Shown here: in pieces, positions 1 through 10,100 of the stretch | Layout of the letters: each line of letters opens with the position of its first letter | How positions within the stretch are numbered: the stretch's first letter is position 1 | DNA from: Yuukianura sp. NJ FZ-2021 | Taxonomy: Eukaryota | Length of the DNA: 64,000 nt | Reading direction: 5' to 3' | NCBI GenBank assembly: GCA_046563655.1 | Contig: JAJCTO010000009.1 | Coordinates: 496,001-560,000 of the forward strand | Program-made: the position numbers and the translations under genes | The notes under the pieces: model-generated | Told to the model about the DNA's origin: nothing | Databases searched by the model: none | What the model saw: the letters and a program-made list of their open reading frames with translations, nothing else

Positions 1-402
1 CTGAATCCAGCTCCAAGTGCGCCGAGTTTTGTTTATATGTAGCTTATTGTATTTTTAGAGGACAGACGTTTGATTGCGTTCTGAATACGTTTAACACTAC
101 AGATTTAAAGTTTAACGATTTAATGGTTAGTTTGTTTTTGAAAAATTTTTTACTAAATTTATCTCAAAAAAAGTGTTTTATTGATAGGAAAAGTAAATGT
201 ATTCAGAATTCAAAACCAAAACTTGAGTGGAAATAAAAATCTACCCTCGCTAACATAACCTCAACTCTGTGTTCTAGTACCTTTATTGCCCTTTCGTGAG
301 GGTAAAGTTGAACTTCGACGGGAGTTGCATTTTTTGTAGTCATTTGCATTTTGGTCTGCAGAGGGAGAGGTCGATCACATTTTGTAGTGCAATAGAGTAA
401 TA

Positions 403-705
403 ATGGAGAACATTTTGTCTGAAAAGAACAAGGAAATTGAGACGTGGAAATTTATTGTCCGGTGCAATGAGGGAAGCATCTCCTACCTCAAAGACACAGT
501 ATACGAACTACGCTTGGATTTGGAAGAAGCTAAACTTCGAAACGAGGCACTCAAACAGGAACTGGAGGCGGTACGATCTCTGCTAAAGGATCACAAACCC
601 AGCTCTTTGGAGAAGCTCTTTGAGAACTTGAGCATTAGGCCTCTTTCTCCGCCTCCACTCCCTCCCATGCTCCCGACTCAACTCTTTTCCAGAAACAACA
701 ACTAA
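403..705 (+). CDS. Small coiled-coil protein with Pro-rich C-terminus, function unknown
   Basis: ATG ORF of 100 aa with heptad-like LRLDLEEAKLRNEALKQELEAVRSLL and PLSPPPLPPMLP. An AATAAA lies near 930. Confidence 0.55.
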   Translation: MENILSEKNKEIETWKFIVRCNEGSISYLKDTVYELRLDLEEAKLRNEALKQELEAVRSLLKDHKPSSLEKLFENLSIRPLSPPPLPPMLPTQLFSRNNN

Positions 706-894
706 ATTTACAACGAGTTAAAATTTTCAACAAGTGAAAGTGACCTTAGATTACAATAATTAATAGATGAGGCTCACGACTTTGTTTTACTCTTTTCTAG
801 AAACAACAACTAAATTTTCAACAAGTTAAAGTTTTCAACAAGTGAAAGTGACCTTAGATTACAATAACCAACAGACGAGGCTCACGACTTTGTT
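681..894. repeat. Diverged tandem duplication, 2 x ~108 bp
   Basis: ACTCTTTTC..AGAAACAACAACTAAATT..AAGTGAAAGTGACCTTAGATTACAATAA..GAGGCTCACGACTTTGTT starts at 681 and again at 789. Confidence 0.9.
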
Positions 895-953
895 GTAAGA
901 CAGGTTTTATTTACAGAATTTTGAAAAATAATAAAAAACGCACTTTCACTCAA

Positions 954-1786
954 TTATTGAAGCTCTTCAATTGGTGGACACTCTTGTAGAATCTCCTCAA
1001 AAACTGCAATCATGGCTCGAAGCTCCGCCTTGCTGAGTTGAATCTTGGGTCCTGCATAAAACATTTGACGTTTGAAATATTTCATAGTTTATTTGAGATT
1101 ATGTTACCATGGTAGTCGGCGTATTCTTGACTTGCTCCTGGAGAATTAATGTAAAAGCTGTAGAATCCTCCATTGGCATGAAACATTGGGCGAAGACGAA
1201 ATGTTGCGCTTTCAGTCATGAAAATGGATGCATCGTTCCAAAACTCTGCTTTCGTAGGTTTCAAATCCTGTGGCGGAAACACTGGAACTCCAGTTCGAAT
1301 TCCTTCTTCAATTTTAGGGAGAAGCTCCTCTTTCACAAAGTTAATTACTGCCTCAACTTCGCTAATCAGAATTTGCACAATTGACGGCTTTGTCCCAACA
1401 TTATCCTTCCGGAGAAATACTTTGAGAACCTTGAAAATAATAAACGGTTAGAATTTGGAACAAACATTTCTTGATAAATTAAAAAATAGTACATCGTTGT
1501 AGCTATCCAGTCCGAGGCGAATCAAAATCTTGCTAGACAGAGCAATCTTTTTTGTTATTGGATCTGCAAAAAATGCTTCCTTATTGTACGCACTGTACGG
1601 CACGCAGCGAATCCTTTCCATGAATGCAAAATGGTTTGAAGAGTTGGGGCCACGAAAGGTCATGGGAAGCTTTTCATAACCTTGCTCTTCTCCCTGTCCC
1701 CCGGTAATGAGTTCCCTTGCACGCTTCATCCCTGGTACGTTTTGCTGCGGTAACTGCGAAATCAATTCACCGACACTTCGGGTCAT
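954..1786 (-). CDS. 3-exon gene (~237 aa), putative tandem PC4/Whirly-like ssDNA-binding protein
   Basis: Exons are 1786-1493, 1429-1108 and 1051-954. GT-AG introns at 1492-1430 and 1107-1052 join ORFs 1448..1876 and 1082..1378 in frame, ending GPKIQLSKAELRAMIAVFEEILQECPPIEELQ*. A TATA box (CTATAAAA on the minus strand) lies near 1847-1840. The fold call is inference. Confidence 0.7.
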
Positions 1787-1922
1787 GTCACCTTCACCAA
1801 CCAAAACACAACTGGCCTTTACTTGCACCAGTTTGACCCTTTTATAGTAGATGGATGGGTCATAAAAGGTATACACACTGCCAAATTCTCGCCAGTGTGT
1901 GTCTAACCTTTGGTCAGTGAGG
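1787..1922. promoter_or_regulatory. Compact bidirectional promoter between the putative SSB gene and the helicase gene
   Basis: Only 136 bp separate the divergent ATGs (1786 minus, 1923 plus). There is a minus-strand TATAAAA near 1846-1840 and a plus-strand initiator-like TCAGT at 1914. Confidence 0.45.
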
Positions 1923-3817
1923 ATGTCAAAAAGAGATGCGAGTGGAAAGTGTCTAGTGACGTTGGAGTCTTATCATACATTTATAGATGAACAAAAACAA
2001 AAGGGAATTTGTAAAAAAAGAGATTTTGAAAAGGTGTCGGCTTTGCTTTTAAATAACGAGCAAAGACAAATTTATAATTTAGTTGAAGAGTGCATCAAAA
2101 ATAATTCCCGCCCAATACATGTCATATGCCCTGGGGCAGGTGGAAGTGGGAAAAGTTTTTTAATACTGTGTTTACAGAAATTGTTTCAAGAAAACAGAGT
2201 AAAGTCATTGTGTCTAAGTTTTACTGGGAGTTCGGCGTTTGTCATTTGCGGAAGGTAGTTTATGCCATTCTACAATTGACCCTTGGATTTACTCTATAAT
2301 CATTTTAGGACATTTCACTCTGCGCTATTGATGGGCTACAGTTATTCAAAGCGTCATCCTTCAGAAAATAGTGAAGCACTGCGAAAACTAATTCTAGGGT
2401 GCCAATTTGTGATTTTCGACGAACTTAGGTAAGACAATGTGTATAATCACCGTTTCCTGTATAAATTTCTGCCGTTTTGCAGTCTAATTGGTCTAAGTTT
2501 GTTTGACTACGCCAACGAGAGGCTCAAGTCGGCCCTACATTCATCTAAACCCTTTGAAAATTTGTCTGCACTAATTTTTGGAGATTTTAGTGAAATTACG
2601 TAAGATGGCATTTGACAACGTTGAAGTGCTACAACAATATTTAATTGCACTTTTTTTATAGTCCAGTGATGGACAAGCCAATTTATGCGTGCCCTAATCC
2701 AAACAACGCGCTGGAACTGAGCGGTGCTCAGGCATATGCCACATTTACCAAGGCAGTCTTTTTAAAGACAAACATGAGGCAGCAAGGACATGACGAAAAG
2801 CAGTTTAGGGAAATCCTGGATAGAGTGAGGCGGGGTTCTATAACTGACGAAGATGCAACAGTTTTATCTACAAGAAACGCCGAAAATTTGACAGACGAGG
2901 AGCTGTCTACTTTTGAAGATGCGACTTTTCTTTTTGCCGAAAAAAGACATTGTGCACGATACAATGAATTTCGACTGCAGAATCTCGGCTCGGATATTGT
3001 AAATGTAAAATCTCACGACAGTAAAGCTTGTCCGCGAGAACACATTTTGCAAATTGCCGCTGGAGCGCGCGTCGTATTAACTCGAAATCTCTGGATAGAG
3101 GCAAGTTTATTCTTAAAATAACCTAACCTATTCCCCCATTTCCATTTTAACTTGAACTAACATTTTAAACAGGGAGCACTTTTCAATGGCATGACGGGGG
3201 TAGTGATTGAAATTGCCAAGGACAAAAACGAATTTGGTCAACCAAAATACGTTTATTTTAGACCAGACAAGTATCTTGGGGAATATTATTTGCCTGCTCT
3301 CAGGAATCGCGTAATTCCACTAGTTCCAATCAAAGCGCCAATTTATGACGAAGAACTCAAAGCTACGTTTACTAGAGTTCAATTTCCATTGGAACTAGCT
3401 TATGGCGCCACTGTGCACAGGGCCCAGGGTTTAACTCTACCAAAGGTAATTATAATTAACAGTAATCCAACTATAATGATCCAATTATCTAATCTTGGAT
3501 AGGTTGTGATTTCGTTCCCAGCTGCTCCATCAAGGGATTCAATGTTCTTTAGAATGGCGCCGCAATTGTTTTATACTGCACTGTCGAGAGTCACTTCTTT
3601 GGGAGGGGTTGTATTTCCCAGCCCTTTCCGTATGGATATTGTCAACGGAGGACGATCAAATCACCTCCAAGACTGGCAAAGAGAGGAACAGCGCGTACAA
3701 GCTATTGCTCAAGGAAATTGCAACCCACAAAACAGTGTTATTGTTGAAAGTGGTGAAAGTGGTGAAAGTGAGAGTAACAATGACAGACACCATGGAGCAA
3801 CCTCAAGTGCAAATTGA
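1923..3817 (+). CDS. PIF1: PIF1-family (SF1B) DNA helicase, 6 exons, ~531 aa, apparently intact
   Basis: Exons are 1923-2254, 2309-2428, 2483-2599, 2662-3100, 3173-3445 and 3503-3817 (1596 nt, in frame). Motifs: GAGGSGKS (Walker A), GRTFHS, VIFDELS (Walker B), PFENLSALIFGDFSEITPV, LKTNMRQ, GARVVLTRNL..LFNGMTG, QFPLELAYGATVHRAQGLTL and YTALSRVTSL. Intron 4 is GC-AG. Confidence 0.92.
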
Positions 3818-4283
3818 CTACTCAAATTGTCATTTTGGCTTTATCTTGAGACCGGAAAAGTTGGAAATTGTTTTGGATTCTGGAATTGGAAATCTTGTTC
3901 GTTACAAGGCACATGAGATAGATCCGGACATAATGTTTCAGATTTTGGACGAAATTCAGTGTCGTATTGTGAGCGACGACATCCGAATGATGAGTAAGGA
4001 AAATATTCATCATTTTACAATGCGCAGTGGGACAAAAGGAATACCGACAACTCCAGGTCTCGTGATTCAGCACATTTTTAAAACTAGTGGAAATTCTATA
4101 GAAATTTACTCGATGGAAGACGGCCAAAGGGTTGATCGTTGCCATTGCGACGCAAGAGGAATTTTAATTGACATTTTCAAGTACTACGACATATTGTGTG
4201 AGCCTGGCTACGAGCTCTTCAAATGGACAACGTATAATGCCATGAATGCGGTAAAGTTTCCGTTCCCCAGCTCAGTGCTATAA
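3780..4283 (+). CDS. Hypothetical protein (~165 aa) overlapping the end of the helicase gene
   Basis: ATG at 3780 or 3792 within ORF 3609..4283. Globular-looking composition; no recognisable motif. Confidence 0.6.
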   Translation: MTDTMEQPQVQIDYSNCHFGFILRPEKLEIVLDSGIGNLVRYKAHEIDPDIMFQILDEIQCRIVSDDIRMMSKENIHHFTMRSGTKGIPTTPGLVIQHIFKTSGNSIEIYSMEDGQRVDRCHCDARGILIDIFKYYDILCEPGYELFKWTTYNAMNAVKFPFPSSVL

Positions 4284-4340
4284 ATAGCCCGCGCAAAGCC
4301 ACACTTGGTCCAGTGGTCAGTGAACTCTTGCCCAAGCAAC

Positions 4341-4505
4341 ATGAACCCGGAGCCTAAACGTGTAGTTGTATATGAGTGTGACTGTTTTCGCGAGAACCAC
4401 CGCCCGGGCTCAAATAGCCCACCTGGCGAAGATTTAGTGCCAGTGACAAGTGAACCTGTGACCGAGCAACATGGAGGAGACACCCAAACGCATCAAACAT
4501 CTTGA
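4341..4505 (+). CDS. Short hypothetical protein (54 aa) with CxC motif
   Basis: TATAAATA at 4279-4286 and TCAGT near 4317 precede ATG 4341. MNPEPKRVVVYECDCFRE resembles the start of the next ORF (MEETPKRIKHLDLACECLPR). Confidence 0.35.
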   Translation: MNPEPKRVVVYECDCFRENHRPGSNSPPGEDLVPVTSEPVTEQHGGDTQTHQTS

Positions 4506-5280
4506 CTTGGCGTGTGAGTGCCTTCCCAGAGTGACTAGATGCAGACTTCCCATTAACCTCTTTAGTTCCAAGTTTGAAAGTTACCACTTTAGTGTAGTAA
4601 AGTTAATTTGTGAAAAGTGTAAACAATTTTCCAAGAATAGCCACCCACGTGGACTTTTGCTCAAAGAGACGGCTTACACTTTATGGAATTTGTACAACAA
4701 TAAAGGGCAACATCCTCGAGTGTTGGTGTCCAGGATCAACCATCGCCGGGTCACCTTGGCTGCATTGGCACCATATATGCTGAAAGCGAAGAAAGTGTTG
4801 TGCATTATACCAAATTCCCGAATTCTTACTGAAATGATGAAAGCATTTGGACACCCAGCAGAAGAGAATGACGGTGTCTTTGACATTAACCTCTTGGTGG
4901 GACCCGGGCTGGAATTGTGGAAGGACCCTAGGTTCTCGAGATACGAAAAGATTGGCTTTGTCGGCAAAAACTTGGATTTTCCTACGGCAATGAATGACTT
5001 TCGACTAATCTTCATGATGAAAAACGACTTTGAAAACTACTTTTACGCCTGTTCATACGAACAACTTCAAGAAATTTCTTTGGTTATTGTGCCCAACTTT
5101 TTTGAAGTGCCGATGCTGTTTCTACACATTATGCAGGAACGTTTTCGCCATAAAATGTTACTGATTGGACACCCCTATCCAGACATTGCCAAACGTATTC
5201 CATTCAAGGTGGACATTATTTCGTGCCACATTCCCGAGGACGCGACGTTTGATTTTCCCGAGATAAAAATTAGTGTATAA
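4471..5280 (+). CDS. Degenerate SF2 helicase-like (DExD/H N-terminal RecA domain) protein lacking Walker A/B residues
   Basis: 269 aa. The segments RVLVSRINHRRVTLAALAPYMLKAKKVLCIIPNSRIL, ISLVIVPNF and KMLLIGHP fall in the order and spacing of motifs I, Ia, II and III, but GKT and DExH are absent. Confidence 0.5.
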   Translation: MEETPKRIKHLDLACECLPRVTRCRLPINLFSSKFESYHFSVVKLICEKCKQFSKNSHPRGLLLKETAYTLWNLYNNKGQHPRVLVSRINHRRVTLAALAPYMLKAKKVLCIIPNSRILTEMMKAFGHPAEENDGVFDINLLVGPGLELWKDPRFSRYEKIGFVGKNLDFPTAMNDFRLIFMMKNDFENYFYACSYEQLQEISLVIVPNFFEVPMLFLHIMQERFRHKMLLIGHPYPDIAKRIPFKVDIISCHIPEDATFDFPEIKISV

Positions 5281-5473
5281 AAGTGCAAAGTTTTTAGAGT
5301 ATTTAAACCTTGTTAGTTTGTAAGTTTTTTTGAAAATAAAAATTTACTTTTACCTTTAATTCAAAGGATACCGTTTTTTGTCGTTGTTTATTTGGAAACG
5401 AGAAAAGGTTAGGGTATAAAGTGTTAAAAGGGAGAGGAAAGTTAGAATATTGATCAGTCTGTACTTGGGGGTA

Positions 5474-5683
5474 ATGCAGCCCACCAGTAAGCACTCGGTT
5501 ATGCTGAATTTTCAGTGTATGGTGGAGCTGTGGCTTCTCATCTTATTGTTATTTCTGGTTGCCATTATACTGCTGTCTCGGCTTGGATTTTTGGATCCGC
5601 CCGAACCATCTGTTGACATGTTGCGCTTTGAAGCCTGGCTTGACATGGAAAGGAATCGGACAAGACACATTCCCACATTTTAG
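5474..5683 (+). CDS. Small single-pass membrane protein, paralog A
   Basis: MQPTSKHSVM..CMVELWLLILLLFLVAIILLSRLG..IPTF. A TATAAA at 5415 and TCAGT at 5454 lie upstream. Confidence 0.6.
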   Translation: MQPTSKHSVMLNFQCMVELWLLILLLFLVAIILLSRLGFLDPPEPSVDMLRFEAWLDMERNRTRHIPTF

Positions 5684-5855
5684 AATATTCAAATCTTCTT
5701 AGCTTTAAATTTTGAAAATGAAAATTTACGTTTACCTTTGCTTTGATGCCGTGTTTGTCGTTGTATATTTGGTAGGGAAATGAAAAAAAGTTTCGAATTT
5801 TTGCATGAAAGAAAGAGCAAAGGTAGAAGATTGGTCAGTTTGTATTTGGGAGTCG

Positions 5856-6041
5856 ATGGAGCCGGTCAGCAGGCACAGGGCCATGCCGCCGTGGTGCATA
5901 TTTGAGGCGTTGCTTCTCATTGCAATGATAATTCTGATTGCCATTCCACTGCTGTTCTACATGTCTCCACCTCCATCTTGTAATTGTGTGGACTTGCTCA
6001 AAAAACAAATGAATGCAACAAAAGTTATCCCAAAATTCTAA
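5856..6041 (+). CDS. Small single-pass membrane protein, paralog B
   Basis: MEPVSRHRAM..CIFEALLLIAMIILIAIPLLFYM..IPKF. The upstream DNA aligns with that of paralog A. Confidence 0.6.
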   Translation: MEPVSRHRAMPPWCIFEALLLIAMIILIAIPLLFYMSPPPSCNCVDLLKKQMNATKVIPKF

Positions 6042-6043
6042 AA

Positions 6044-6403
6044 ATGTATTGTCCAGTGACTGTGCAGCCGAGCAATTATCACGTGCTGGTTCGTCATTAT
6101 GTTGGAATATTCAAACGGTTTCTGAAAGCCGAGTATTGGCATTGGTCAGCGCATGGATACAACTTGCCAACTTTTGACAACGACTACCACCAAAGAATGT
6201 TCATGTTGGACACGCTTCATATAATCGGAAGAGACGTCTGCCGCACACTTCACCGCAAATCATCATACTTTGTCCTCAACGGCATGGCATTTGACCCTGA
6301 AGACTTGTTTTGTGAGTGTATCAGTGAAAAGGCACAAAACCTAATTGAAAATTTTGACCAAATTGGGTTTGAGCGACAAGAATACGTCAACCATTACTTT
6401 TAA
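6044..6403 (+). CDS. Hypothetical protein (119 aa, His/Cys-containing)
   Basis: AAAATG start 2 nt after the previous stop, and the frame is open to TAA 6403. Confidence 0.55.
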   Translation: MYCPVTVQPSNYHVLVRHYVGIFKRFLKAEYWHWSAHGYNLPTFDNDYHQRMFMLDTLHIIGRDVCRTLHRKSSYFVLNGMAFDPEDLFCECISEKAQNLIENFDQIGFERQEYVNHYF

Positions 6404-6464
6404 GTGTCAGCAAAACCAATTTGTGCGTCAGTCGAAAGGTGAAGGTGAAAGTGAAAGCATCAAA

Positions 6465-6956
6465 ATGAAAGCAGGCTTAATTGTAGTGTGTACATTTGTC
6501 ATTTGTGTTGGCGCCGCTTGCCAAAGTGTAGTGTACAATTGTGAGGCGTGTGTCAAAACCAACGCTCCGTTTGTAACTACTTGGACTATATTTTCTCGGG
6601 AACACACGTTTTGTGGAAACGAAACTCAAAAGTTTCGTCCAGGACAAATTCTTTTAAAAATAGCCAGCACGAGGAGAGACTGTGACTTGTTTCGGGACAA
6701 TAACGAATCCTACCTGGGCAGCCTCTGGACAGACGTCATGAATGCAACTGCCCTGGACCAACTGGGAAACGCACTCAAGGGCGTGTCCCCTGGAGACTCT
6801 AGTGTTCCCAACTGTCTCTTTACTCTGCTCGGGGCCGTCATCTCGGCCATTGCATTCTGGTTTGGCAAGCATATAAAAGACTTGACCTGTGCCCCGGTCA
6901 TTCAGTTTCTTTTGAGGCTTCGACCAGTGAACACCCATCCACCACCCACCTTGTAA
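6465..6956 (+). CDS. Type I membrane glycoprotein (163 aa)
   Basis: Signal-peptide-like MKAGLIVVCTFVICVGAA, a Cys-rich ectodomain with sequons NET, NES and NAT, and a TM segment CLFTLLGAVISAIAFWFG followed by K. CAAAATG start and AATAAA at 6968. Confidence 0.75.
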   Translation: MKAGLIVVCTFVICVGAACQSVVYNCEACVKTNAPFVTTWTIFSREHTFCGNETQKFRPGQILLKIASTRRDCDLFRDNNESYLGSLWTDVMNATALDQLGNALKGVSPGDSSVPNCLFTLLGAVISAIAFWFGKHIKDLTCAPVIQFLLRLRPVNTHPPPTL

Positions 6957-7187
6957 ACTTGTATGTAAATAAAAGCTGTCATTGTAACAGCGTTTAAACT
7001 TGAACTACAACAGTTGTTGACTTTTTTATTGGTAAGAAAAGGTGCAAGTGTATGTGAAAAGTGTTTAGTAGTGTCTCGACCTTTGAGTGCATAAGTGAAG
7101 TGGTAGGTGAAGGTGAAGTGAAAGTTCAAGAGTCAAGTGACTTGGTGCAAGTGAGTGAAAAGTTTAGTAATACTGTGTCATACCAAT

Positions 7188-10100
7188 ATGGCGTCGCTTC
7201 CAATTATGAGAATGAGGAAATCTTTTATGAAAAACAAAGTTTCGCATTCCAAGGTTAGTTTTTTAACTTTAAAGTAAAATTCAGATTGTAACATTGCTGC
7301 ATTGTAGTTTTCATGTGGATTTCAAAATGCAAGAGGTTCGTGCAAGTTTACATGTAAAAATTATCAAACTTTGGATGAACACACGGAAAGCCATCACAAG
7401 TGCTTTCACTGTGGGAAAAGTTTCATGAACAAAGGCAATGATCACAAGTGTAACCAAGTCGGCCGTGGCTCAAACAGATTTCTTGGACCCAAGCCTCAAC
7501 AAATTGACACTTCCGTCTTCCAGGAATCGACATTTTCCTGCCGTGGATCTGTGCTAGTTTATGTGCATCAGGTTCCAGACAGTGACCCGCCAGTCACAAT
7601 GGTGTCGTCATTGATGCAACAGCTCTATACACCATTTGTAAAACTTTTGACTCAGCTGCTCGGCCATTACAAGGGAATTCGAATTTCTCTCAAACTAATT
7701 GTGGACATGGTGGAGCTCAAGTACAACTTTAGATTCCCGGATGCTCCAATTTCAAGTCCATTTACCATTCTCACTCATGCAAATTACATTCCACGAGTGT
7801 TTCTGCAAACTACATCTTTTGTCATTGAATCGTTGAACCTATTTTTGCAAAGAGGAAGTGACTGGACAGTGGAACGTATAAAGCGTGTTGAAGTTCACTG
7901 CGGAATGTACAAACCATTGCCAGGGCGTGGGTACATTCCACTTCCAAAAGAGTTAAAGGGACGTCAAGGACTTGTCAACATAAAAACGTCCAATTGCTTT
8001 GAGCTATCCATTTACTGCAGTATTTTTGGTGACAGTATTGTAAAAGAAAAGCTACTGGAAAGAAGATTGATTGGAGCAAAACTTCCAAAAAATATTCCAC
8101 AGTTTTCCAACAGAGTGCTTTCAAGACCAGCTTCGTATGATGCTCTAGTTAAACTGGATCTCTTGAAGCTCATGCCCCAGTTGAGGAGAGATGGCGTAAC
8201 GATGCTTGACTTTGATGTGGTGGAGGAAATGAACAAGGAATTGTCTTTGAACTTGTATCGTTTAGACCACGGTCAGATTGAAATTTCTCGAATTGCTCCA
8301 ACTCTGAAGAAATACCACGTTAATCTTCTTCAAATTGAAAATGGGACATCGGCTCACTTTGTTTGTATAACCGACTTTGGAAAGTTTAATGCCAAATTTC
8401 AAAGAAAGAAAAAGTACGACTATTGCCCAAAGTGTCAAAAAAAGTTTCTTGCCAAACGCAAAAGTATTGATTCACACTTGTGCGGCACACAAATAGTGAC
8501 TTCAATTTCCAAAAAAAAAGTACTTTGAATTTGAAAAGTGGGATCAAATGCTTCAGTCCCCATTCCTAATGTACCACAAGTTTCATTACGTTAATGATGA
8601 AACTACAAACTCCAGTGACGCCCGAGTCCACTCGGAAAAGATTCCAGTTGGATTTTCGTATTTTTTAATGGAACAAGGAAAGGTTGTCGTTTCTGGTACT
8701 TATATTGGGCTGGACGCCATGCAAGCATTTTTAAAGATGGCTCTAGGATACGCAGATGAAGTTATTCACAAGATTAAAACAGTCAACTACCCTATACATT
8801 GGACGGCAGAGCAGCAACAGCGGCACCAAGAAGCGTTGGAATGCGAAATTTGTCTAGGTATGTTGGCAAATAGAGTAAGTTTGTCACAAATTAAAGTTGT
8901 AATTCTTAAATTTAGGAAAATTTCACGAAGCCGACTTGAAAGTGGCTCATCATAACCACCATCTCCAAGAAAATAACTTCATCTCCACCATTCATTCATC
9001 CCACAACTTGCAAATTAAGCACAAGCACTTTCTTACATCCTTTTCTTTTGCGGAAAGCCATGAATTGAAACTTTTGGTTTCAAAAACTCTACACATGCTT
9101 GACAAAGACCCATGGACAATTACGACCAAAGAGGGGAAGGTGTTGGGCCTCATATTTGAAAAAAAGCTCAAAATTAACCAAATTCAAAACTTTCGACCGG
9201 ATGTGACCATTGACCAGCTGATTGATGAGCTAAAGGTTTCAGACTCTACATTTCCTGTGCTTGGAATGTTTCTAGACTTTCTACCTCAACATCAAGTGCA
9301 ATGGTTTATCGATGGCAAAGTGAAAATGCCACAGTTTCTCTCTGCTACGGACTTTCTCCTACACCACTTGGATCCGCTACAAGTGGAAGAGTCACAGTTT
9401 CGTGCACTAATTGGTGGTGCATCTGTGGAATCTGAAATTGTACTGAAAAACTATGCCGGGGGAGACTTGGGCCGTTACATTGAGCTTCTGATGATGGTCA
9501 ACTGTGCTCTGACGGCAGAAATCTTTGAAAAGCAACGAAGCGTCAACTGGACAGAATTTGGTCTTGAACTGGCCGGTAGCTGGACAGTCAATGGCTAGTC
9601 TTTCAACGCAGCTGCGTTACTCGGCAGAGTAAAAATTGAGTACTTGGCCGATGAAGAGTTTATTGCAGACGTTGAGAACGGGCTGATGGCTGGAATTCAA
9701 GTGGTCAACAAGCGCAAGGTCATTTGTAACACGGATCGTTTTGGGCCAGAGTACTTTGACCCAACCAAGCCAAGAATTGAATGCCTAAGCTGTGACGTCA
9801 CTGGCAGCTACCCTTCCGTGTGTCTCGGACCGCTTCCTGTTGGAGATTACAGACGCATGTCACAAGAAGAAATTGATGCTTTTGACTTTGTGAACCCTCC
9901 GTGGAACGAGTCCAGAGGTTATGTTTTTGTCTGTGACCTCCACTACCCAAACGATGTCCACGATAGACTATCTGCATTTGTGTGTCCGCCAGAGAAACGA
10001 CGGATAGATTTGGAAACGCTCTCTCCGCTCCAGCAAGAATTTGTCACGTCAACAAACAAAAATTTGACACCAGAATACTTGTTACTAACTCTATGGGACA

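Noticed and set aside
1923..3817. Helitron RepHel
   Set aside because: No HUH Rep domain lies upstream; the helicase begins about 60 aa after its own ATG beside a divergent gene.
8508..8528. Programmed -1 ribosomal frameshift at the A9G run in polB
   Set aside because: The downstream frame needs a +1 shift, so a homopolymer indel is the simpler explanation.
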